NCBI RefSeq assembly: GCF_020745735.1
Contig: NW_026867863.1
Coordinates: forward strand, 1,110,504-1,174,503
Length of the DNA stretch: 64,000 bases
DNA from: Hemiscyllium ocellatum
Lineage: Eukaryota
Direction of reading: 5' to 3'
Each line of letters starts with the position of its first letter. The first letter of the stretch is position 1. The notes beneath the pieces are model-generated. The model was given only the letters and a program-made list of their open reading frames with translations. It was not told where the DNA came from and ran no database searches. Of this stretch, positions 26,901 through 38,575 are shown one piece after another. The position numbers and the translations under genes were made by a program.

Positions 26901-28129
26901 TTAATGAATGCTGTCTCTTAGATTTATTTATTAACTTCCCTCATGCTTTCTACTTTTAAACATAGATTTATGAGCGAAACTACATATTGTCGTTTACCTC
27001 CTTTGGCCCAATGGTAACTCTTCGTATCTCTCAGATAGGTAATTTATTATGACTTAAATAATCTTTTGACGCTTCGTTTTTATTCTGGAAAAAGGGAATC
27101 GAATTGAATGTAATTTTGAGGCCAACAGCCGTTTGTTCTTGATACTGTCTGTGTGTTCACCCACAGAGGCAAGATGACTGTTTGTGCTGATAATACAGAA
27201 TGTAGCGCCTGGTGTATCATTCTCAGCTGACACACAACTTCCTGTTTGTATGTGCCAGCAGCTAGCAAACATCTCACTTCTCATCAGAAAATAAACTCAG
27301 GGGACACAATCTGGCGGAAACATCTGCCAATGTGGCCTATATCAGGGCACAAAGTGTAAAATGTGCATTGAAACGACCTTTCAATCGCTGTTTTGTGGTC
27401 CGATACCAGGACGTCATTGGACGAGTCTCCCGACTATGTAACAAACCCATTCGAATCACCACCGTCTGGAACATATCGACTGCACCTATTCCTGTCTTTG
27501 AGGAACTTCTTGTTACTCTCACTTCAGATTTAATGTTCCCAGTTTTAGATTCTGTTTTCTGTATCTATCACCTCCCCAGCTGAATACATTCTGTTTGATC
27601 TATTAATAGATTTTCATCAATTAAGCAAACAATTTCGTAGAGACAGGTATGTCGGTGTGTCCGATTAACAGAATCCATATATGGAGAGATCACCTCGTCT
27701 TGTCTAACGCTGACCGACATTGAATTGAAATAAAGCACAGCACTGTATAGCTTCAAACTTTGCAAATCATAGTTGAAAGGGCTAATTCTAACGGCTAAGT
27801 ATTTTCTCGATTATTTCAGAAACTATGATTGAAAATGCCTAGTTTTAACAGAGTTTCAAATATTCTTAAAATTTGAAGTCACTGACATTTCCCACAGTGA
27901 GCTTTGTGGTATTTAACGTTCTGGTCAAAATTTGCTTCAAGCGGAAGTCTAAAACATTGTTTTTTCTGAGTTACCAGCCATTGTCCTTGCAGTTCCATAA
28001 AAAGTGCGAGCTATTGATAAGCCCCAGAATGAACAGAATGACAAGGCCTTGTACACATGCAAACACCATGACACAGGCCTTGAAGCTCACCAGTTTTTCC
28101 TGTTACACTAACGCAAGCAGTACCCTGCC

Positions 28130-29140
28130 TCTCACACTCTCATTCACTTGGCTGAACAGCTCAACTGTCAACTACTTTTACTTCCAATCTTCTCATTACC
28201 TCCAACCTAAAGGAGTAGACATGGGCACCCGGATGGGCCCAAGCTATGCCTGCCTCTTCGTCGGATATGTGAAACAGTCAATCTTCCACAGCTACACCGG
28301 TACCATTGCCCACCTTTACCTCCGCTACATTGATGACTGTATCAGCGCCATTTCATCTCGGAGTTTGAACAGTGCATCAACTTCACTAAAACATTCCACC
28401 CTGACCTCAACTTCACAGGGACCATCTGGGACACTCCCTCCCATTCCTAGACCACTCCATCTCCATCACGAATTAACGACTAAACATTTACTACAAGCCC
28501 ACTGACTCCCACAGCTACTTGGACGACATCTCCTCCCACCCTACCTTCTGTAAAAAAAATCCCTTCTTCTCAATTCCCTTGCCTCCACCGCATCTGCTCC
28601 CAGGAGGACCAATTCCACCATAGAACGTACTAGATAACCTCATTTTTCAAAGACTACAATTTCCCCTCCCACCTGGTCGACAATGCCCTGGAAACCCGCA
28701 CCCCCTCCAATCGCAGCAGGGAGCCCTCTTGGTCGTCACCTTCACCGCAATGACCTTGCATATATCATATCATCCTCCACCACTTCCACCACCTGCAAGC
28801 AGACCCCATTACTTGGGGTATATTTCCCTCCCTACCACTATCTGCATTCTGCAGACAGCATTCCCTCCACGACTCCCTCGTCAGGTCCACGCCCGCCACC
28901 AGCCCACTCCCCACCCCGTCATCTTCCCCTGCCACCGAAGGAAGTGTAAAACCTGCGCCTACGCCTCCCCCTCACCTCCGTCTGAGTCTGTACCACCAGA
29001 TTTGGTGTCATCTACATCAGGGAGACAGGATGTCAACTTGTGGATCATTTCAAAGAACATCTCTGAGACACCTGCGCCAATCAACCCCACGGCCCCTTTT
29101 CTGAACACTTTAACTCCCTCTCCCACCGATCAATAACAGG
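28130..29140 (+). mobile_element. Penelope-like element, RT and decayed endonuclease
   Basis: FYFQSSHYLQPKGVDMGTRMGPSYACLFVG...LYLRYIDD, followed by CHRRKCKTC. Confidence 0.85.
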
Positions 29141-29345
29141 CTGTTCATATTCTGTTCATTTCCACTGAATAAATACAAGATAACTGGTTCTGAATTTAAA
29201 TGGTATGGTCAGGATTTATTTCGATAAAAGCAGGAACAGTGTATTTTGACATAACAGATGGAGAGATTCACTTCCTGAAAAAGCAGCTCGAGTGATACAA
29301 GCTGACACCAAACCAAGTTTGGTCCAAACAGAGGCAAAATGCAGC

Positions 29346-29387
29346 ATATATATGTGTGTGTGTGTGTGTGTGTGTTTGTATATATAT
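29346..29387. repeat. (TA)n(TG)n microsatellite
   Basis: atatatatgtgtgtg...tatatat read directly. Confidence 0.9.
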
Positions 29388-29717
29388 TCTTGAGTGAAAT
29401 AAATTTAAAAAAAAACTATCTTAGCCCCGGAACAAGATAGGGTGTATTAAGTATAAACAAAGACACAATTATTTTAATTTGTAGTCGAAAAGTAATTGAT
29501 AGTATATTGAAATGCAGCCAGAGCCGTGTATTTGTGTTCTTGCATTCTTCCGATCTAAATTAATCATTTCATAAATGCTTTTGGTAAATGTCATGTATCA
29601 CTTGTCTGTCCATTACACGAACCTTGCTAGGGCCTTGTTAAATTCTGAACCATCGTCTTCCTGGTTCACAGTGGTTGCTAGTTTCATGTTAGAGTAAATG
29701 GTGAGGTTTTGTACTTT

Positions 29718-31865
29718 ACGCCAATATCTTAGTCAAACATTTAAAGCAATCACAGCTCAAAACATTACAAAATATCACTATGGATCTTGCTTGAGTCCAA
29801 AGAAAAATAGTCCCCTTTGAATCAATGATTACTAAAATTTGCTCACGTATATGCTGTGAATATATTCAAATAACCTGAAGTGCAAATGGTTCACATCAGT
29901 CAGAATAAAGTAACAGTTCGTATGTTACCACACATAAAAATAATCAAGCAACTTTCTTGAAACAAGTTGCTCTAAGGAAGTCTAAGATTGATTCTTTTAT
30001 CAAACAAAATCATTTCCAATGTTGTGAGGGCTCATCTACCTTTTGTGCAATGGTCTGAATTGTGTGTCTGACTGCAGGGGAAACTGGGTAAAATTACAGT
30101 TTGTGCTTTTCACATTATTAATTTATAATGCTGCCTTTGGTTGAATAAATGAATGTTGTCCCAGGCATCATCTGTCAGTATTAATTAGACCATTAATATC
30201 CACATCGCAAGCCAGAGTATCAGGTGGTGTTTATTGATTTGTGATATAATTGAAACGAAGGCTTGGATTGTTTCCGGTATAAACCATGTGAATTGCATCC
30301 TCTTAATTAGACAAAGGAGGAAAGATAGATTTAGAGTTGTAGAAAGCTTTCATGACAGAGAGGGATCACTTCACCCATCGCACCTGTGCCACCTGAAAAC
30401 AGACCCTTCCAGCCGACACTCACTTTGTAGCATTTTGTCTGTAACCCTGCAGGTGGTAGCACTTGAAATAAAGATTCGTGAACATTGCTTAGGGTCTAAT
30501 CCAATATCAACATAGATATGATTTCAAATGCTGTAAATCATGTTTTTTGGGGAAAAAGTCGGGGCAAAATTGTATCAACATTCAAACAGTTGGTGCATGC
30601 CTGGGGAGCAAATGGGCCCATTTCTAAACGTTGTTTCTCAAGACATTTTGACGATTCGTTACTTAACATCAATGTAAACCGACATGAAAAAAATGCAGAT
30701 AATTTCCCCAGAAATGCTGACAGCAGCATACGTTTATTCAGCCAAGATCAGCAACATGAATTAAGCAAGTTTTATTTAAATAAACACTTCTTCTAACTGA
30801 TTATTTACAATACGGATTTCCAAAGTGCAAAGTACAGGTCGGGGAGGATTGGGGGCGTATGTAGCTGGTGGACGATATTCACTGTTCCTTGATATGTACT
30901 TTCATTTGTAAGCAACAGGTGAATCTGCGAACCAGATTCAGGATGGTGCTGGAGGTATTTCAGCAGATTCAGTGTACATGGCATTCTCCCATCAAGCAGC
31001 AATAACATGAACATTTATTTTTTATGGTATTCGAAGCCAAATAAAGTTGAACAATATGTTGGGACAACTTCCTTTCTTTTCTTTGAACTAGTAACAACGA
31101 ATACACTCTATGGACCTGGGGTGGCGGGAGGATCTTTAGCAGCAGAATGTGAGGGAACAGAGTCAACGTCGGAAATCCAGATAGACTGGAACATTTTTCA
31201 CTGGAGGTGAGAGTTCGGGGGGTGACCTCATATAAGTTTATAAAGCTATGAGTGGAAAGTTGAATGGATCTAATTGGCATGATTCATTCCGGAAATTTTT
31301 AAAGCTTTCGTTTCAAAAATATCACATATCAATAAACTCCACCTGTCATTCCAGCTAGCGATGTGGAAATTACTGGTGTAATTCATGGTGGCAGACGATG
31401 CTAGGGACAGCATCCATTTATTCAACTAAAGTCAGCAATAAATATTGACAATGTAAAGGCACAGACTGTACTTTTACACAGATCAGTCAGTTTCATCTGC
31501 AGTTGGACGAAAGTTAAAATTCAGACCATTGCACAGATGATAGATGAGCCCTCACAACATTGGAAATGTTTTTGTTATATAAAAGTATCAATCATAAACT
31601 TCCTCAGAGCAACTCGTGTCAACAAACGTGCTTGTTTTTTTGTGAGGGGTAACACACGAAATGTTACTTTCATCCGATTGATGTGAAAAATTTGCACTTC
31701 AGAAGTTATTGGAAAACGTCCTTCACAACAGATACGCAAGCAAAGTTTAGAAATCATTGTTCGAAGGGGGCAATCCTTTTTGGACTCATGCAAGACCCAT
31801 AGTGATATGTTGTAAATGTTTGGAGCTGGGATTGTTTTCAATTTTTGACAGAGACATTGGCGTTA
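29718..31865. mobile_element. ~2.1 kb fold-back element with ~580-600 bp imperfect inverted arms
   Basis: 29718-30295 (cgccaatatcttagtcaaa...) is the reverse complement of 31270-31862 (...tttgacagagacattggcg); no ORF recognised in the core. Confidence 0.65.
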
Positions 31866-34152
31866 TTTCCGTATGGTGGGGGATTTCAACAGTAGGGGGC
31901 ATGTTTTTACAATAAGAGGAGAAAAACTTTTAAAAAGATAACGGACACAACTTTTTTCACAGTGAATGGTTTGTATGTGGGATGATTTGGTGATGGGTAT
32001 TGTTAAAATTGTTAGAAGACGTTTGGATAAATAAACCTGTAACAAATGTTTGGAAGAATATGTCCCAAGTACACACAGGTGGGATCAGTTAGTTTGGGAT
32101 TATCACTGATATGGACTGGTTGGACCGAAGTGTCTGTTTCCATGCTGTATCACTCCATGACTCTGAGACGATTTAACGATTTTCTCAATATTAAATAGTG
32201 CTGTAGTGATCCTCGAATGACCTGATGATGTTTAGATTGTGTCCGATACTCTGCGAATATTTCATTCAATGAGAGGTGGGACGAGTTCTCCAAGGTACAA
32301 AATTGAAAAAGACAATTTTCTCCAGCATTGTTGCTGTGTAGATTTGTTTCTGCGAAGGCAGTGGTTATGGCTCGCAGTTGGCTTTCCACCAACTGGTCAA
32401 TAGTGAGACAAAAATATCTTTGATCCACTGCAAAAACTCAGATGCTTCCTGGAAATAAACCTGGGAACTCTAGGACCTTTTCTGCAGTCAGCTTAATTGC
32501 TGCCAACCGTTGTATCTGGCTGATTAAAGGGAAAATGAATCAACCAAGATAAAATTCTACCGAACAAATTATATTTGCCCGTTTACTCCCAATGGACAAA
32601 TTTCATGTAGCATTTCTTCTTTAAAAAGGAAAGTCACTGAATACAGCATTCAATGTAAGACTGCCAGAAAACAGGAAATTGAATGCAATGACGTTCTGGT
32701 TAGTTCAGCCTGTTTATTGAGTATCTTAAAAGCTCCTGAATATGAAGTTAATGAATCCCATATCGCACATTGCAGTATCATTTATTATCATCTCAAAGTA
32801 AATTAACACACTTGAATTGGTTAAAACTCACATCACTCGTTGCACCATCCTCTGATTCATGCATCTCTTTAAAACTAGAAGGACCCGTTATACATGGTTA
32901 ATACTAATGTAGTGTAACGGCGAGTTATTGCTGATATTTACGAGTTAACTGCCCATGTCAGAGCCACCAGTGAACAGATTAATGTACTGTTTATAACCTA
33001 CATTCATGGTAATAATTATTGTAATACTATCTAAATTAACCAAACACTCCTGACGTACAAGACAGTTACCTACAATGGTTTACATGTTGATGATTTACTT
33101 TTAACTCATGGACTGGCCTGTTCCAGTTCATTAGATGCTCTGTCAAAAGGTTACCTGGGTGTTTGGTATCACTGCCAAATCATTTTTTGGTTCTCAGGCA
33201 CACAGCTTTCCTTTACGATGCATTTTAGGGTCGGAGCAATTAGAAAAAAAAGATGCAAGGAGAGACATTCTGCAATGTAAGGAGGTACTTCTAATCTCGG
33301 GGTCCAAACTGTTTCGTGACATGTACTCACATTCTCAACATAATCACTTCAGACATGCTCCATATTATGTTGCCTACATTGAATTTAGAAACGCTGATTT
33401 GTAATGAAATATTAATTTGTAATGTCAGAGAGACTTTGAGGGACAGCAAAAATAAAGTCACTACTTTGTTGGCTAATAGTATTATTGAAGTTCTTTTTAG
33501 TTTTATCTGCTTGTGGTTGAATGCAGAATTAAAGGGAATTAACTTCTAATTGAATATTGTAAATATAATCACTTTGGACACGCTCTGTATTCAATTGCCT
33601 AAAGTGAATTTCGAAATGTTTCGCATGAATTACATGCTATTTTGTAGTGCAACATAGAATTTCAGTGTCCAGAGGAAAAAAGACTCAACTATTTAATTAG
33701 CTAGCAACATCTTTGAACTTTAGTTTTAGTTTTATCTGCTTGTGGATGAACGCTGAAATAAAGGGAGCTAAATTTCAATTTAATTCGTTTTGTTTTTTTG
33801 AAACAAAATACTTGCGACTATATCTGAAGCAGACCGGAAGCTACTCAAATTTACTTCCACCATTTAAAAAAAACGTCTAAAGAAGCTATTCAGCAAAACA
33901 AATATCCCAAGATGTGTATATCTCCATGTTAATGCATATCCTCATGTAAATACATGAGTCCATCTCTTCGGGCTGTGCAAGCTGATACCAGGATCCGGTC
34001 TCAGCATCCAGCAGGAAACCAATAGGTGGAAACTGTAAGCCTGAGCCTTCTGATGGTCATATTAATCCTGGGCACTGGACCATAATTCAACACTCCTGGA
34101 TCGGCTTTGTTTAGAAAGACCTTGACAGAACCGTTTTCCACAAGTTATCACA

Positions 34153-34201
34153 ACGATTAGGTCGACAATTTTTCTAAGCTTGTTACTGACTGTCTTAACA
34201 T
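34153..34201 (+). pseudogene. VH leader exon (cluster 2), start codon mutated ATG>ACG
   Basis: acgattaggtcgacaatttttctaagcttgttactgactgtcttaacat|gtcagt aligns to the cluster 1 leader. Confidence 0.85.
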
Positions 34202-34329
34202 GTCAGTATTTTTTGTTCGAGTCTCTCTTTGTGACTGTCTCAATATCAGTCTACTGCAGGAATGTCAACGACTCAGCCATCATTTCATCAGCGTTCATGC
34301 TCAAGGTTTATTTATTTTCTTTTTTAAAG

Positions 34330-34613
34330 ATGTCCAGTAAAAGGTTATTTTGACTCATCCAGAGGCAGGGATTGGCCTTTCCAGAGGCACCCTGAGACTG
34401 ACCTGTAAAACCAGCAAGTTCAATCTTTGCAGCTGCTACCTGCACTCGGTCCGACAAGTTCCCGAGCAGGGCCTGGAGTGGCTGCTTTGGTACCAAACTT
34501 CATCCAACAATAACTGTGCACCAACGATTGAAGGACGATTTACTGCTTCCATAGGCAGTTCAAACAACATTTTTGCGTTGGACATGATTAACCTTAAGAC
34601 TGTGCAGTTGGTA
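34330..34613 (+). pseudogene. IGHV: VH pseudogene with germline-joined D remnant (cluster 2)
   Basis: TAA at 34338-34340; [32 protein letters not shown] (conserved Trp>Ser); apparent 22-bp deletion of the EDTAIYY region; junction GCAGTTGGTA runs into a 12-RSS. Confidence 0.9.
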
Positions 34614-34641
34614 CACGGCATTTATGATCAATGCAGAACCG
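34614..34641 (+). other. Decayed 12-RSS 3' of D (cluster 2)
   Basis: CACGGCA + TTTATGATCAAT (12 nt, 10/12 identical to the cluster 1 spacer) + GCAGAACCG. Confidence 0.8.
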
Positions 34642-34756
34642 TATTCAGCCTCCATTATTTCTGCATTTATTAAATGGTTACTTGTACAAATCGTCTTAAC
34701 TTACAGTGCAGTATTAGTTCTGAGGGGTTTTATGAAAGTATCACTGTTTTATTTGT

Positions 34757-34874
34757 CATGAGTTGGAGATGCCTGTGTTGGACTGGGGTGTACAAAGGTT
34801 AAAAAAAAGGTACAAAGGTGTGCTTCCAATTAAACCTGTTGGACTATGACCTTGTGGTGTGTGATTTTTAGCTT
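34757..34874. mobile_element. 118-bp Penelope-tail insertion between D and J, with 12-bp target-site duplication
   Basis: TGTTT(T/A)ATTTGT at 34745-34756 and 34875-34886; insert resembles the tail at 43090-43160; absent from cluster 1. Confidence 0.7.
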
Positions 34875-35130
34875 TGTTTAATTTGTATAAGTGCTGCTAA
34901 GTATTGATACGCCATTTGGTGATTTTCAGAATCAGCTCATATGTTACACTGTGAAGTATAAAACAACATTAAAATTTGTCAAAATGATCAGAATCCACTA
35001 GCACAATTATGTGATTAAGATATATCGTGACTTTATTTTGCCCGTGGGTCCGAAAATTTAAAATAATGGTTGATTTTTGTTTTTTTTTAATGCAGATCTA
35101 GTTATGGTGTGAGCAGTCCAGAGACTGTAA

Positions 35131-35183
35131 CACTGGCTAACTTGATTACTGGGGCGAAGGGATCATGGTAACAGTGACTTCAG
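35131..35183 (+). pseudogene. IGHJ: JH segment (cluster 2), *LDYWGEGIMVTVTS, with broken heptamer
   Basis: WGEG motif and CAG|GTAAG donor; heptamer reads CACTGGC (2-bp loss relative to CACTGTG). Confidence 0.88.
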
Positions 35184-35699
35184 GTAAGAACTTTGAACTT
35201 TCTTAGAGACTTTTTTAAAACTCTCTATTCGTGTGACTAATTTCTGAATTAAGTGAAACTCACATTCTGTGCTGAGGTGATTTGGTTCGGATTGATTTTT
35301 TTCAGGCTGGTTATAGACTTCAGTTAAGGTTCAGCAAATAGTTAAAATGATGATGACGGAGTCAGTTGCTCGGTGTATCTTTTTTTTAATCAGGTGGTCA
35401 TTCTGTGAGAAACACCTAATTTGGCTTCATCGGTCAGGTATAAATAATGTTTAATGTCAGTGACACTCTAATTGTGAGTTTTATTATCGACAGTAAATGC
35501 TCAGAATTAAAAGATTTTTGAAATATTAACAAACATGATTAAAATATGCGAAAATATCATTATTCATTTCTTGAATATATTTTCTGTATACATAATGTTC
35601 TTACCATGATTATATTTTCTCCTTTATTTTGTAAGTTTTGTTGATGACAAGCTGGTTATAAAATGTATTTTTTTGGGATACTATGTTTCCTTCTGTGGA

Positions 35700-35935
35700 T
35701 TAGATTCTGATTTTTCTTGTTTGATTCTGTTGAATTGAGTTGACTTGGATTCCGACTTTGTTTTTACTTGGTTTTGTTGAATCACACTGATTACCTTTTT
35801 TAAATTGTTTTATAAGATTCAGTTGAATTGAGTTGGTTGGATTCTGATTATCTTTCATTTAAATCTGTTGTTTTCAGTTGATTTTATTATGAGTTTATTT
35901 TATGATTCAGTTGCAGTGAGTTGATTGGATTCTTA
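35700..35935. repeat. Degenerate tandem repeat in JH-Cmu intron (cluster 2)
   Basis: tctgttgaattgagttgacttggattcc, tcagttgaattgagttggttggattct, tcagttgcagtgagttgattggattct. Confidence 0.75.
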
Positions 35936-37677
35936 TTCATTTTGTGAAATTGATCTGCGTTTTCATACTTTCAGTAATTCGTGTTTTCTTTCTGGTGAGG
36001 AGATGGTCTCTCTGGATTACTTTAATTACGAATTTTTGTGAGGTTCTTTGTTTTTGCTGAACCGTTGCTACATTTATTAAATTCATCTGGCATTTTTTTT
36101 GCTGCTTGATTGAAAACATTACGTCTGTTTGTAACTGTCTGAAAACGAATTTAAGGCAGAAACACGGAAGTGAAAGAAATGAGAAAAAAGTATTTTAGTG
36201 CATTATTTTTTTAAAAAAAAACCTCAGCTCTAATTGTAAACTAAGTCAAGTTTGTTTCGAGTTACATCTTTCAAAGTAAAATTTGGGATTAAAATCTGAA
36301 ACTGCAGAATTGATCAGGTTACGTTATTGAAATGAACTTGCTATAATTTAAAATAATAATGTCATAATGTTTGCCTATTGAACTAACTTTATTTTGATCT
36401 CAATCTGATTAATCATTATATGACTTCAACTGCTGTACTGTGCACAACACAAGAATGGCATGACCGCAAAAGGTGTACAGATTGGAAATAAATTGAACTG
36501 TTTCCGAAAGCTTTACAGCTTAAAGTATTAAGTAAATCACCTCACAAACAAGGCTGCTGTTATTATTTGGTATTTCTATTCAATTTGATCATTCTCTGCC
36601 TGGAATCTGTACAACTTTGTTTTGATTTTTTTTTGTGAGGTAACATCATGTTTTTGGTTGGAAATGTTTGCAGAGCCCGTTCTGCTGCAATCCCATCGGT
36701 TTCCTCAGTGTTGTCATTTGTTGATCTTTGCTCTAATGAGGAGGAGGGACTGTAACATTAATTTTGTTACATTTGGGAAACTGTTTCTGGTTTCTACATT
36801 GTTATTGCACTGTTAACATGGTTGGTGTCAGTGAACTGCTCCAGTTATCTCATTCGATGCAATCAGCATGCCAGTTGAATCTTCATAAAGCCTAGTATTA
36901 CGTGAAAGGCAAATCGCAATGTTTTTGGAAATGAAGGAAAAAACGATACCTTAGGGTGCGAGTTTTAGTGAGAACATAGAAAGTTACGGCACAGTTCAGG
37001 CCCTTCGGCCCTCGATGTTGCACCGGATTATCACACCAATCTGAAGCCCATCTAACCTGCACTATTCCATGAACAATGATGACTTAAATGTAATGAGAAG
37101 TAATAACTAAGGATTAATCTAGTCCACTATTTACAATCCAAAGTCAAAACTCAACTATCCAGTTGAATCACAAGTTCTGTCTTCCAAACATTTGGAAGTC
37201 ATAGAGAAATGTAAATAAAATTTCAAAAGTATGTTGTTCTAATAGTTCTTGCTCTTGAGCAAAGATGCCATGACTATGTTGTAATTAGTCAAGAATCACT
37301 TTTCAATTCCGCTGTACACTACACACAGTTTTCTGGTTGGAAAAGATCATTGGCAAAGACCATTTGGAAATTCTGCCCAATTCGATGAAGAACAGACCAG
37401 TTTCACTGCTTTGATCAGTTGCACAAGTAAAACGAGTCAATTAATTTTTATGTCGCTGATTAAACTGGAATTGCAGGAAAAACATAAAACAGTGACTGAA
37501 TGATTTAATCTGCACAGTGCTTTAGGTGTTCCCAATCCATGCGTTTTAAATGAATAGTTACATTTTACAACAAAATTTCAATTGAAGAGTCATTCTTTCG
37601 GAAACAACTGCTATGTGGAATTATGTGATCAAGGCCAAATTTTTAATTAGTTAAAATAATTCACGCATTAACTCATA

Positions 37678-38575
37678 GGGCGGCATGCTGGCTCAGTGGT
37701 GAGCATTGCACAGCACCACGGACCGCATTTCGATTCCATTCTCGGGTGACTACCTGTGTAAAATTTGCACATTCTCCCCATGTCCGGGATTCTTCTGTGT
37801 GCTCCAGTTACCTCGCCCCCCCCACCCCCGCCACAACCCCCCCCCCACCCCCCGCCACCCAAAGTCACTAAGGTGTTCAGGCTAGGTGAATTGGCTGTGC
37901 TAAATTAAACATTGAATTCAGGGATGTGTAGGTTATAGTGCATTAGACAGGAGTAAATATAGCGTAGGTGGAATGTGTTACTTACTGTTCGGAGGGTCGG
38001 TGTGGAATTGTTGAGTACAGTGGCCTTTTTCCATACTGTTGGAAATCTACTGTAAAACAGTAGGAATGCTTGTTGCGAATGCAGAGAACGTAGTCTGCGT
38101 CGACGTGTTCAGACATATGCAGAGTTCATAAATTTGCAGAAGACATGAACGAGAGGATATCAGAGCACGTTGTGTATTCAGACTGAAAATAGAGGGTTTT
38201 TTAATTAATGTACTTGACCAATTTTTGCAATGTACTTAACATTAGTTAAGTGTGGCGATCATTTAGATTCGATTTCCTACACTATGGAAACGGGTCATTG
38301 TCCCTTAAATTACACACCGATTCTCTGAAGACTAACCCACACAGACATATTACCCTACCCTATATACACCCCAGATCAATGCACCTAACACTATGGATGA
38401 TTCAGCATTACCAATTCACTTGGCCAGCACATCTTTCGATTGTGGGAGGAAGCCCATGCAGACACAGGTGAGAATGTGTAAACTCCACACAGACAGTCAC
38501 CTGAGGCTGGAACCAAGCACGGGAATCTGAATCTGAAAGTCAACAGTGCTCATCACGAAACCACCACGCCGCCCA
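37678..38575. mobile_element. Two tRNA-derived SINEs (37678-38045 +, 38280-38575 -)
   Basis: A/B-box heads; orthologous to the SINEs at 13780-14108 and 13185-13497. The first carries a poly-C insertion at 37816-37860. Confidence 0.82.

Noticed and set aside
27893-27899. Perfect heptamer CACAGTG in the spacer between clusters
   Set aside because: No nonamer at 12 or 23 bp and no adjacent V, D or J sequence; other isolated heptamers fail the same test.
27873-28505. 210-aa ORF
   Set aside because: The N-terminal half is low-information read-through; the recognisable part is Penelope RT.
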